From positions 1 to 54,200 of the forward strand of contig JAAXQG010000289.1 in NCBI GenBank assembly GCA_012974445.1: a stretch of DNA of 54,200 bases, given 5' to 3'. Origin of the DNA: Desulfuromonadales bacterium (lineage in GTDB: Bacteria; Desulfobacterota; Desulfuromonadia; Desulfuromonadales; JAAXQG01). Made by a program: the position numbers and the translations under genes. The number at the start of each line of letters is the position of its first letter. Position 1 is the first letter of the stretch. The notes under the pieces were generated by a model. That model was not told the origin of the DNA, ran no database searches, and was given only the letters and a program-made list of their open reading frames with translations. Shown in pieces: positions 1-8,672 of the stretch.

Positions 1-15
1 TCTCCTTCAGCAATC

Positions 16-43
16 TCATCGACCGCCGCGAAGGAGAACTTTA
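16..43 (-). promoter_or_regulatory. sigma28 (FliA)-type promoter, probably for flgM just outside the window
   Basis: Minus strand reads TAAA-N16-GTCGATGA (consensus TAAA-N15/16-GCCGATAA), followed by SD AAGGAGA at 7..1. flgM normally follows flgJ. Confidence 0.7.
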
Positions 44-77
44 GAAAAAAACCAAAAAATATCAGGGCCTCCCATGC

Positions 78-107
78 AAAAAGAGCCCCCCGGATACGGG
101 AGGCTCT
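78..107 (-). terminator. Rho-independent terminator downstream of the flg operon
   Basis: Minus strand AGAGCCTCCC-GTATCC-GGGGGGCTCT followed by TTTTT. Confidence 0.8.
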
Positions 108-229
108 GGCATGCGCAGTACCTACCCTGCCGATGGAATCAACATCTGATCAGCACCGATCTTCCGCCATAAACGGTGCAAAAAGGGAAGGTCCAAAAAC
201 AGAGTCCTTTTTTTTGATTTCAGATTTTT

Positions 230-309
230 ATCCGCGTTTATCGGCATCCATCCGCGGCCAATGGGTTTTTAGGCTTTTTAGCCGCTGATACACGCTGATT
301 TCCGCAGAC
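230..309. repeat. Imperfect inverted pair of 10-bp-periodic ATC(C/G/A/T)GC repeats
   Basis: 230-258 is ATCCGCGTTT ATCGGCATCC ATCCGCGGC. The reverse complement of 281-309 is GTCTGCGGAA ATCAGCGTGT ATCAGCGGC. Confidence 0.65.
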
Positions 310-327
310 AAAGACAAAGGCTTATCG

Positions 328-347
328 ACAGGGATAAACGAGATGAA
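328..347 (+). repeat. Dispersed repeat arm, copy 1 (19/20 identical to 53881-53900)
   Basis: ACAGGGATAAACGAGATGAA vs ACAGGGATAAACGGGATGAA. Confidence 0.8.
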
Positions 348-376
348 CAGAACCACTGATCTCGGATTCCAAAGAT

Positions 377-492
377 GTAGGGGGGGGCACCCGCGTGTGC
401 CCCCGGTGTTGGCGACCAGCCTCCGTATCGGTATGGCTGAATCGGATGCGGAGGTATGCGGGCAGCGGGCGGACACATGGATCCGCCCCTAC
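377..492. repeat. REPIN-like doublet of GTAG-family REP palindromes
   Basis: 377-404 (+) GTAG-GGGGGGGCAC-CCGCGT-GTGCCCCC and 492-467 (-) GTAG-GGGCGGATCCATGTGTCCGCCC are in inverted orientation, with an inner hairpin at 420-454. Confidence 0.75.
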
Positions 493-497
493 GGCTC

Positions 498-539
498 GAC
501 GGTTTCGTGCACCAGCTGAAGGTTCGTGCCAATCAGGAA
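498..539. repeat. 42-bp dispersed element, copy 1 (about 34/42 identical to 54004-54045)
   Basis: GACGGTTTCGTGCACCAGC at 498-516 matches GACGGTTTCGTACACCAGC at 54004-54022 (18/19), and similarity continues without gaps. Confidence 0.8.
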
Positions 540-553
540 AAAGAAAGTCGATG

Positions 554-781
554 TTAAAGAGCTTCTTCGCCGCCGCCTTCCTGCTCCTGCAGCTGCCGAT
601 AAAGGGCATCAGCAATTCCGATTCCCCGCCCAAAAGCCAGAGACCGGGCAGCCTCCTGAACGAAGATAGCTTCAAATTCTTGACACTTACCCTTTAAATC
701 ACTCCCACTAGGGGCAGCATTTTGACTTACTTCAAGATTGGCCTGTCGCAGGGCAAACTGAGCATCGATAGGAAGCTTCAT
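554..781 (-). CDS. flgJ: FlgJ-like rod-binding protein, short form; appears internally deleted
   Basis: Directly after flgI. Carries the CQEFEAIF and GRGIGIADALYRQL motifs of single-domain FlgJ, but the intervening MxKSMR...DM.D segment is absent; 75 aa. Confidence 0.75.
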   Translation of the reverse strand: MKLPIDAQFALRQANLEVSQNAAPSGSDLKGKCQEFEAIFVQEAARSLAFGRGIGIADALYRQLQEQEGGGEEAL

Positions 782-795
782 CGAGTTAACCTTTC

Positions 796-1905
796 TCAGA
801 GAATCACCAGCTCGGCATGGAGAGCGCCGGCGGCCTTGATAGCCTGGAAAATTGCAATCAGATCCCGAGGCGTCGCGCCTATAGCATTAAGCGCCGTCGC
901 AACCTCGGAAATGCTCACCCCCCGGCTGAGCACAACCAGATTACCCGAGTCTTCCGAAACCTCGATACTGGTCTCGGGGACCACGACAGTCTCGCCATCA
1001 CCGAAGGGCTCGGGCTGGGAAACCAAGGCACTCTCACTGATTATGAGACTGAGATTGCCGTGAGAGACGGCGATAGTGGCAATGCGCACATCCTCTCCCA
1101 TCACGATGGTACCGGTCTTCTCGTTGACCACGATGCGGGCTCCCGTATCGGGGACCACTTCAAGCACTTCCAGAGCTGCTGCGAAATCGACAATGCGTCC
1201 GACGTATTCTCCAGGCACCTCAACGTCCAGGCTGCCCCCGTCGCGCGCCGAAGCTACACCGGCACCGAATCGATCATTGATTGCCTGGGTCATGCGGATC
1301 ACGGTGGTAAAATCGGACTGATTCAGACGATAGGTCATCTGCTTGAGATCGGCGAGAGGGAGGCTGACTTCCCGCTCCACCAGCGCTCCTCCCGGAATGC
1401 GTCCAACCGTGGGATGGTTTTTCTGCACCTTGGCCCCATCTCCGCCAAAAGCCAGAGCGCCGACGACCAGAGGGCCCTGAGCTACGGCATAGACGTTCCC
1501 GTCGGGCCCCTTGAGCGGCGTCATCATCAGGGTTCCACCGACCAGGCTGTCGGCATCCCCGATAGAAGAGACAGACACATCGATGCCGCTTCCCGGCTTG
1601 GAGAAGGGGGGCAACTTCGCCGTGACGATGACCGCGGCAACGTTGTCTACCTTTACGGCGGAACGATCCACCGTCACCCCGAGACGCTCCATCATGTTGA
1701 CCAGTGACTGAACGGTAAACTGGGTACTGGCACTGTCGCCGGAACCATCCAGGCCGATAACAAGGCCATACCCCACCAGCTGATTGGAGCGGACCCCTTC
1801 GAGTTTGGCGATATCCTTGATTCTTGTTGCCAGAGCAGATGAGGGGACAACCAACAGGAAAAACAAGAAAATGGATAGAAATACATGGCGCATATGATGG
1901 CGCAT
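796..1905 (-). CDS. flgI: Flagellar P-ring protein
   Basis: Signal peptide, RIKDIA, GVRSNQLVGYGLVIGL, C-terminal AIKAAGALHAEL. Confidence 0.97.
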   Translation of the reverse strand: MRHHMRHVFLSIFLFFLLVVPSSALATRIKDIAKLEGVRSNQLVGYGLVIGLDGSGDSASTQFTVQSLVNMMERLGVTVDRSAVKVDNVAAVIVTAKLPPFSKPGSGIDVSVSSIGDADSLVGGTLMMTPLKGPDGNVYAVAQGPLVVGALAFGGDGAKVQKNHPTVGRIPGGALVEREVSLPLADLKQMTYRLNQSDFTTVIRMTQAINDRFGAGVASARDGGSLDVEVPGEYVGRIVDFAAALEVLEVVPDTGARIVVNEKTGTIVMGEDVRIATIAVSHGNLSLIISESALVSQPEPFGDGETVVVPETSIEVSEDSGNLVVLSRGVSISEVATALNAIGATPRDLIAIFQAIKAAGALHAELVIL

Positions 1906-1914
1906 ATCCTTCTC

Positions 1915-2607
1915 CTAAAAGGGCCAGACGTTATCAAGCAGACGAACCAGCCAGCCCTGCTTCTGCTTGTCGCTGATCACTCCCTTGCCCGTGTAGGAAA
2001 TGCGGGCGTCGAGAATATTTTTTGAATTGACGATATTGCCCGAAGAGATGTCCGAGGAGCGCACCACCCCCGCAAGACTGACCACCTGGTCTTCGTTGTT
2101 GACCGTGACGGTTTTACTGCCGTGAATGCGCAAATTGCTGTTAGGAAGCACCTCGACCACCTGGGTCGAGAGGGTTGCAACAAGATCCTCCTTGCGCGAG
2201 GTTTTGCCCGAGCCCGAAAAGTCGGAGGAATATTTCGCCCCGAGCAGAGCCGCGGGATCGATGGCGCCATTGATGGTGGCGATATTCTTCTCCAACCCAA
2301 AGAGGCTGGAAAGACCGGCACTGGTGCTGCTCTGCCGGCCAGTCTCGGTCGTCGCTTCCTGACTTGCGCTGGCCCGCTCAAAGATGGCAACGGTGATAAT
2401 ATCACCCACATGGGCGCCCTTGTTGTCACCAAAGAGCCCGCCCTGACGCTCTGTCCAGAGAGAGCCTGCGGTCTGCGGGCCCGGCGGAGCTGGAATTGAC
2501 CGAGAAGGCAACATCGACGGGCTTGCCATCGGATCGACATCGACATTCTTCGAAGCGCATCCACTAAGCACAAACAGGCCCAGAAAAAGAATCAGACATT
2601 TTTTCAT
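1915..2607 (-). CDS. flgH: Flagellar L-ring lipoprotein
   Basis: Lipobox LSGC, VGDIITV, DARISYTGKG, C-terminal WPF. Confidence 0.96.
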   Translation of the reverse strand: MKKCLILFLGLFVLSGCASKNVDVDPMASPSMLPSRSIPAPPGPQTAGSLWTERQGGLFGDNKGAHVGDIITVAIFERASASQEATTETGRQSSTSAGLSSLFGLEKNIATINGAIDPAALLGAKYSSDFSGSGKTSRKEDLVATLSTQVVEVLPNSNLRIHGSKTVTVNNEDQVVSLAGVVRSSDISSGNIVNSKNILDARISYTGKGVISDKQKQGWLVRLLDNVWPF

Positions 2608-2609
2608 GT

Positions 2610-3560
2610 TCAGTACTCCAGATCAACCAGTCCGGGCGCCACGACTACCCCCAGAACATCCTTTTTAGACCGACTGTTTCTGACCCGGATGGTCTCACCG
2701 ACCATCCCGTCCTGCCGAGCTTCTCCTTGAGCCGTTATTTCAAGGGCGCCCTGCCTGATTCGAAGGACGACCAGATCACCCCGGGCAATCGTGGGAGGGA
2801 AATCAATAAATGACAGATCAAGCGCGTGCCCCGAACGCACCTTGCGCTTGATCGTCTTGCCGACCAGTGGAGCTGCATCAAAAACGGGGTTGCGAAGAGC
2901 CGAGACATCTTGATTCTGCATAAGCAGATCAGCCTCTTCCAACACAGAACCACGCTGCAAATCCCGGGCCGCAACAACCACGGGTGCCAGGACTTCAAGG
3001 GAGACGCGCAGGGAGATGTTATGAACAAGCTGATTGTTCACCCGAACCAGAAGAGAAAAACGGCTGTTACCGAGGATACGAGGATCAGAGGGAATCACCT
3101 CTGTCGAAACCGTCCCCAGAGGTAATACAAGGGGACGGGGGAGATTCAGAGAACGGATATATACCTGGCTTCCGACAGGGAGCTGATCGCTACCCAGAAT
3201 ACTGTCCCTGACCAGCAATTCTACCTGATCAGGACCAAGCAACTGGCTGGCCCGGGCCACCCGAATCTCCTGGGCACCAGTCAGAACAAGACCGGTCAGG
3301 CTAGGGACCTGCCTCGTAATACGCCCCCGGATCTCCCGGGCACTGTAACTGCGCGATTGCCCGGGAGCTGGAGACTTGAAAAGCTCCAGGGTTTGGAGCG
3401 ACCTGCTCAGATCATCCTGCGGGCTGAGCTCAGCGACATCGGCAAGAGTGACCATCTCACCGGGCACCTCTGCCTCAGGCCTGAGCTGGACCTCAAGGGC
3501 CAGTGACTCGCCAGCCAAAGCAAAGAGCATCAAAAAAACCAGTAAGCGAAAAACCCGCAT
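2610..3560 (-). CDS. flgA: P-ring formation chaperone, long form
   Basis: Signal peptide, SAF domain (VVVAARDLQRG), G-A-QDG-GETIRVRN; lies between flgG and flgH. Confidence 0.92.
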   Translation of the reverse strand: MRVFRLLVFLMLFALAGESLALEVQLRPEAEVPGEMVTLADVAELSPQDDLSRSLQTLELFKSPAPGQSRSYSAREIRGRITRQVPSLTGLVLTGAQEIRVARASQLLGPDQVELLVRDSILGSDQLPVGSQVYIRSLNLPRPLVLPLGTVSTEVIPSDPRILGNSRFSLLVRVNNQLVHNISLRVSLEVLAPVVVAARDLQRGSVLEEADLLMQNQDVSALRNPVFDAAPLVGKTIKRKVRSGHALDLSFIDFPPTIARGDLVVLRIRQGALEITAQGEARQDGMVGETIRVRNSRSKKDVLGVVVAPGLVDLEY

Positions 3561-3578
3561 CAGATAGATTCTAGGTTC

Positions 3579-4367
3579 TTAACGAACCAGATTGTTGGTC
3601 TGCTGGAGCATCTCATCGGCAGCCTTGATAGCCTTGGAATTTACCTCATAAGCTCTCTGCCCGGCAATCATCGCCACCATTTCCTCCATCACACTGACGT
3701 TGGAGCCCTCGAGAAAGCCCTGGGAAACCTCACCGAAACCGGCTTCGCCCGGAGTCCCTACAATGGGAGCGCCGGAAGCAAGAGTCTCGCTGTAGAGATT
3801 CCGGCCCATACTGGAGAGGCCCGCGGGATTGCTGAAGCGAACCAGCTCAATATTGCCGACAGAACTGGGCAACTGCTCACCATCGAGGAAAACCTCGACT
3901 CCGCCGTTCTCAGCGATAGAGATGCGGGTAGCATTCTGGGGGATCACGACTTCGGGAAACATCGGATAACCGTCGGAGGTCACTATACGGCCGGTACTGT
4001 CACGCTTCATCGCTCCGGAACGGGTAAATCCCGTGGTACCGTCGGGCTGAGAAATCTGAAAGAAACCGTCCCCCTCAATAGCCAGATCCAGATCGTTGCT
4101 GGTCTGTCGGATATCGCCCACGGTGAAAATCTTCTGGACCGCAGCGACCCTGGAACCGAGTCCGACCTGAACACCTGCGGGGATCTCGACGCCATCGGCA
4201 GCACTGGCGCCTGCGGCCTTGGTGGTCTGATAGAGGATATCCTGGAAGTCGGCGCGGCTCTTCTTGAAGCCGGCGCTGTTGACGTTCGCCAGGTTGTTGG
4301 CAATGACATCCATATTGACCTGCTGAGCTTCCATACCGGTCGCGGCTGTCCAAAGTGCCCTGATCAT
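3579..4367 (-). CDS. flgG: Distal rod protein
   Basis: MIRALWTAATGM, ANNLAN, FQDILYQ, LEGSNV, QRAYE; 262 aa. Confidence 0.98.
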   Translation of the reverse strand: MIRALWTAATGMEAQQVNMDVIANNLANVNSAGFKKSRADFQDILYQTTKAAGASAADGVEIPAGVQVGLGSRVAAVQKIFTVGDIRQTSNDLDLAIEGDGFFQISQPDGTTGFTRSGAMKRDSTGRIVTSDGYPMFPEVVIPQNATRISIAENGGVEVFLDGEQLPSSVGNIELVRFSNPAGLSSMGRNLYSETLASGAPIVGTPGEAGFGEVSQGFLEGSNVSVMEEMVAMIAGQRAYEVNSKAIKAADEMLQQTNNLVR

Positions 4368-4388
4368 AGTTTTGTTCCTCCCAATCGA

Positions 4389-5114
4389 TTAACCGACAAG
4401 TCCGAGCTCGACGGATTTGGAGCCTATATCGCTGTAAACCTTAAGTGCTTTCTGGCAGGCCTCGAAGGCCCGGGTCGTCTCCATCATGATGACCATCTCT
4501 TCCATGACCTTCACGTTGGAATCTTCAATCTGCCCCTGAAAAATCTGGGGGGTAGCCACAGGCAGGGCGAGTTCCGGGTCATCGATGGAAAACAGACTTC
4601 CTCCCATACGAACTAATTGCCGGTCATCTTCAAAACGATAAAGAGGGATCTGTATGGGATCTTTGCCACCCAGGATGATGCCGTCTTCTGCAATTTTAGC
4701 GTCAGGCGAAGGAAGAATAATCGGCTCGTTATCTTCGTTAAGAACCCGCATCCCCGTCGACGTCAGAAGCTCACCACCCCTGCCATACTGCATGTTGCCC
4801 TGACGGGTGTAGAACTGCTGACCCTGCTCATCCTGGACCCTGAAAAAACCCTCACCGGCAATGCCCAGATGCAAGGGAACATTGGTACGGGTCAGCATGG
4901 ATTCGGTAAAATCGGTAAAACCGGCACGCACTTCAGAGAAGTTTTTCCCGCCGGTGGCCAACCCCGCCTGAGCACTGGCCAGCTTGGACTCGAACACCGC
5001 CTGGCCGCGCTTAAATCCCACGGTTTTGACGTTAGCGAGATTGTCGCTGATGGTTTCGAGATAGCTCATCCGGCCAAGGGCTCCGGATAGTGCGCTGTAT
5101 TTTCCTGCACCCAT
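4389..5114 (-). CDS. flgF: Proximal rod protein
   Basis: SDNLANVKTVGFK, YTRQG, EDSNV; precedes flgG. Confidence 0.92.
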   Translation of the reverse strand: MGAGKYSALSGALGRMSYLETISDNLANVKTVGFKRGQAVFESKLASAQAGLATGGKNFSEVRAGFTDFTESMLTRTNVPLHLGIAGEGFFRVQDEQGQQFYTRQGNMQYGRGGELLTSTGMRVLNEDNEPIILPSPDAKIAEDGIILGGKDPIQIPLYRFEDDRQLVRMGGSLFSIDDPELALPVATPQIFQGQIEDSNVKVMEEMVIMMETTRAFEACQKALKVYSDIGSKSVELGLVG

Positions 5115-5180
5115 TATTTTGCCTCCAAAGGTCGCGTTCTACCCTCTTCTCGACCTCAGAGGGAGGATACTTTAGTTTTT

Positions 5181-5657
5181 TTATCGGGCGACGCGAGAGA
5201 GGGCAATCAGCTGTTCGGCCTCAGGCTGGGAGATGTGAAGAATCCGGGAGATCTCATCGGCGCCAAGCCCCCTCTCCACCAGGGAGGCGACGTGTTTGTA
5301 TCGCTCCGGAGCCTCTCCACCCCCGCCGGCAGCCCCCTGAAGTCGCGAACTCAGTTCGCCTTCCAGGTCAGCACAGATCGGCAGCTCAAAAAGGGGCGCG
5401 GGGCATACCTGGGGAGTCTTCAAAGGAGGGTCAGGCATGACAAAGGGACGGGGAGGCGCAGGCTCAGGGGCCTCTTCGGGGGAGTGAATTTTCTTGTGCA
5501 GATCACTGAGCTGGCACCGGAGACTGTCAAGCTCCTGGTTCAGGTTTTCACGCTCCCGGGCAAGACGCCTCTGACGAAACAGCAAAAAAAGCACAATCAT
5601 ACCGGCAAGAACAGACAGCAGAGCCAATGACAAAAAAAGCGGATAATTCGATTCCAT
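5181..5657 (-). CDS. Membrane-anchored SwrB/DUF2802-like protein
   Basis: N-terminal TM helix, coiled coil, C-terminal 'ERYKHVASLVERGLGADEISRILHISQPEAEQLIAL'; directly after fliA. Start moved to ATG 5657 (SD GGGAG). Confidence 0.6.
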   Translation of the reverse strand: MESNYPLFLSLALLSVLAGMIVLFLLFRQRRLARERENLNQELDSLRCQLSDLHKKIHSPEEAPEPAPPRPFVMPDPPLKTPQVCPAPLFELPICADLEGELSSRLQGAAGGGGEAPERYKHVASLVERGLGADEISRILHISQPEAEQLIALSRVAR

Positions 5658-5700
5658 GATTTTCTCCCTGAAGCGGCTTGCAGCCTGCAACGGATGCTCG

Positions 5701-6441
5701 CTAAGCCCTAAGCGCCCGGGCCATCTTCACTTTGAGCTTAACCAGCGCCTGGCTGTGGAGCTGGGAGACCCGTCCTTCAGTCACACCCAGCACCTCAGAG
5801 ACCTCTTTCTGACTCAGTTCCTCATAGTACACCAGCGTAACCACCAGACGCTCCTTCTCCGAGAGGCTCTCGATACAATCGGCCAACTGGTGGGTCAACT
5901 CCTTGGTCTCCAGACGCCCGAGAGCACCTGGATCTTTTTCATCCACCAGCGCATCGAGAAAGCTCTTACCCTCTCCCGACTCATCCAGCGTCTCGTTGAG
6001 GCTGACGCACCCCAGATGGCTGACTTCGCCCAGAAGCTGGCGGTAGGACTCCATGGCCAGCCCCATGGATTGCGCAATTTCAGACTCCTCCGGGGAGCGG
6101 CCCAGATTCTGCTCCAATGACTCAACGGTTCGGGTCAGCCGGGTCTGCTTCTCGCGCAGGGAACGGGAAAACCAGTCCATGCGACGAACCTCGTCGATGA
6201 TGGCCCCACGAATCCGCCGCTCAGCAAAAGTCTTGAACAAAACCCCCCTGGCAGGATCAAACCGGTTGGAGGCGTCCATCAAACCCATCATAGCCGCACT
6301 GTAAATATCGTCGCGCGTCATGAAACCGGGAACCTGAAGCGTCATGCGATCGACAATAAACCCCAGCATCGGCATATGCGACTGGATCAGCCGGGATTGC
6401 TCTTCCTGCGACACCGGCCTGTAGTACCCGGGCTCAACCAT
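5701..6441 (-). CDS. fliA: RNA polymerase sigma-28 factor
   Basis: FKTFAERRIRGAIIDEVRRMDW and region 4 LGVTEGRVSQLHSQA. Confidence 0.97.
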   Translation of the reverse strand: MVEPGYYRPVSQEEQSRLIQSHMPMLGFIVDRMTLQVPGFMTRDDIYSAAMMGLMDASNRFDPARGVLFKTFAERRIRGAIIDEVRRMDWFSRSLREKQTRLTRTVESLEQNLGRSPEESEIAQSMGLAMESYRQLLGEVSHLGCVSLNETLDESGEGKSFLDALVDEKDPGALGRLETKELTHQLADCIESLSEKERLVVTLVYYEELSQKEVSEVLGVTEGRVSQLHSQALVKLKVKMARALRA

Positions 6442-6455
6442 TAAATGCCTCGCAA

Positions 6456-7343
6456 CTAGAAGGAGAAGAGCTTGCGCCAGAAGAACTGGATCGTTCCCTT
6501 GGGCATGGAAGACTGGGGCGTGCTGGTCAGGCTGCAGGCAATCGATTCGAAGGAAGAGCTGACCTTGATGTTGGGGTAGAGATGGAGAATCGACGTCTGA
6601 CGGCGCACCGATTCGCGCATCTTCTTATCCCAGGGGATGCACCCCAGATAATCGATGGAGATGTCCAGATAGCGGTCCGAGACGATGGTGAGCTTTTTGT
6701 AAACGTCCAGGGCCTCGTCGCTATCCTTCACCGAATTGACGATGAGATTAAATTGCTTCTCATGATACTGCAACGAAAGCAGCTTCATCAGCACATAGGC
6801 ATCGGTGATAGCGGTGGGTTCAGGGGTTGTGACAACCAGAATATCCTGAGCCGCCACATTGAAATAGGTGACGTTCTCGGAGATGCCGGCCTCGGTGTCA
6901 ATCAAGACGAAATCAAATTCGTCATTAATACTGTCAAGCTCCTGCAGGAAGCGCATCTTCTGTTCGCCCGTCAGATGAGTGATGGACTGAACTCCCGATC
7001 CGGCCGGAAGGATTTTGATCCCCTCGGGGCCCTCGACCATGACCTCCTCCAGCGTCTTCTCCCCACCGAAAAAATGATTGAGATTATATTGAGGCGTCAG
7101 TCCGAAGACGACATCGATGTTGGCCAGCCCCAGATCAGCGTCGATGATCAGCACCTTCTTGCCCATGCGAGCCAGAGCAACGGCCAGATTTGAGGTCACT
7201 GCCGTTTTTCCCACGCCGCCTTTCCCGCTGGTCACCGAGATAACCCGGGCAACCATTGGCTCACCCCCTGTCTCCTCTTGCGAGACAAGGCGATCCGTGA
7301 GGGTGCGCAGGGTTTCGGCCTGGTCCAAGTGTTCTTGAGACAT
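6456..7343 (-). CDS. flhG: MinD-like flagellar number regulator FlhG/FleN
   Basis: SGKGGVGKT, DADLGLAN, TTPEPTAITDAY, N-terminal DQA motif. Confidence 0.95.
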   Translation of the reverse strand: MSQEHLDQAETLRTLTDRLVSQEETGGEPMVARVISVTSGKGGVGKTAVTSNLAVALARMGKKVLIIDADLGLANIDVVFGLTPQYNLNHFFGGEKTLEEVMVEGPEGIKILPAGSGVQSITHLTGEQKMRFLQELDSINDEFDFVLIDTEAGISENVTYFNVAAQDILVVTTPEPTAITDAYVLMKLLSLQYHEKQFNLIVNSVKDSDEALDVYKKLTIVSDRYLDISIDYLGCIPWDKKMRESVRRQTSILHLYPNIKVSSSFESIACSLTSTPQSSMPKGTIQFFWRKLFSF

Positions 7344-7358
7344 CGAAACGTTCCTTCC

Positions 7359-8672
7359 TTAATGACTACCCATGATGAGACTGGCGACCTTCTTCGGTTC
7401 AGCGATCAGGATATCCTGAGGCACCCGCTGTCCGTTGGTCAGATACGAGAGGGGATAACTGTTGCGCATGTGCACATTGAGTATGGCGCCCAGACTCTCG
7501 CATTCATCAAGCTTTGTAAAAATGACGCTGCTGATCGGAAGACTACCGAAGCGTTCAATAGTCTTGTTCAGGTCGCTTTCACGGGTGGTGGCCGAGAGCA
7601 CCAGGTGATTTTCCATAGGGAACCCGGAACCCAGCACACTCGTAAGCTCCTCGAGACTGTGACAGTCCTTTGGGCTGCGACCGGCAGTATCAATCAGGAT
7701 CAATTCCTTGTCCTGATGCTTTGCGATGACCTTACGCAACTGCTCGGGCGTCATGACCACCTCCACAGGCACCCGCATAATTTCACCGTACACCTTAAGC
7801 TGCTCAACGGCGGCGATACGGAAAGTATCGATGGTGATCATCGCCAGACGCTTGCCGTGATTAAGCAGATAGTCGGCGGCCAGCTTGGCCAGAGTCGTGG
7901 TTTTACCAACCCCGGTGGGCCCGATAAGAGCAAGACATTTGGGGCCACTTCCATTTGCGATCAGGGGCGTCGGCAAAACCTGCACCATCTCGGCAATAAC
8001 CTCTTCGAGCAGACGGTCAAGCAGTGGCGAATCGGGCGTGACCCCGGGAGGGATCTGCTGAAGGGCAAAACGGCCGATGGAATCAGCAGCCTCCTTGTCA
8101 ATCCCTCGCTGCTCCAGTCTGTGGAGCAACTCGCTCAGGGTGTCCCGGGATTCAGCCGGATGGTGCGGGCTTCCTTCCTGATGCTGAGCGGGATACTGGG
8201 GCATGCGCATCAGGGGAGAGAAGCCCCGTGGCGTCTGCTTGACGATGGTCTGAACCATCTGCTTCAGCTCAGCCAGTTCGCTCTGGAGGGCCCCGACATT
8301 CAGGGTTTCAATCTGCCCCTTCAAGGCCCGAAGCTCCCCTTCCACGGGGTCAATCACCTTGTTTTTTTTCCAGAGATCATCGTAGGTGAGGTCATCCTGA
8401 GGCTGCCCTGTAAAGCGCCCAGCTCGCTGATTGGGGGCTTTTGCCGACTTTGGCGAAGGGCTCTCCCGGCGCTTTGCTCCCTGCAGGGCTCGTCCCGGAC
8501 CGGTGGGTGATTCAATCGCTGCCGTCACCTCAAGCATCGGTTTGCCCAGCATCCCCAGCGGTCCCTTACGAATCGTGCGGGTCGAGAGGATGAGAGCATC
8601 GGGACCAAGGGTTTCCTTGACCTTTTTCAGAGCCGAGGCCATATCCTCGGATTCAAAAACCTTAACCAGCAT
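7359..8672 (-). CDS. flhF: SRP-type GTPase FlhF
   Basis: GPTGVGKTTT, DTFRIAA, DTAGR, TKLDE, GQRVPQD. Confidence 0.96.
   Translation of the reverse strand: MLVKVFESEDMASALKKVKETLGPDALILSTRTIRKGPLGMLGKPMLEVTAAIESPTGPGRALQGAKRRESPSPKSAKAPNQRAGRFTGQPQDDLTYDDLWKKNKVIDPVEGELRALKGQIETLNVGALQSELAELKQMVQTIVKQTPRGFSPLMRMPQYPAQHQEGSPHHPAESRDTLSELLHRLEQRGIDKEAADSIGRFALQQIPPGVTPDSPLLDRLLEEVIAEMVQVLPTPLIANGSGPKCLALIGPTGVGKTTTLAKLAADYLLNHGKRLAMITIDTFRIAAVEQLKVYGEIMRVPVEVVMTPEQLRKVIAKHQDKELILIDTAGRSPKDCHSLEELTSVLGSGFPMENHLVLSATTRESDLNKTIERFGSLPISSVIFTKLDECESLGAILNVHMRNSYPLSYLTNGQRVPQDILIAEPKKVASLIMGSH

Noticed and set aside
517-532. TTGGCACGAACCTTCA as a sigma54 promoter (minus strand)
   Set aside because: The -24 element is perfect but the -12 is CA rather than GC, and it lies inside the 42-bp dispersed repeat whose other copy lacks the GG.
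228-697. Short ORFs of 82-117 aa in the flgJ downstream spacer
   Set aside because: They are translations of REP and periodic repeats (e.g. VGADPCVRP, PRMDADKRG) with no clear SD.
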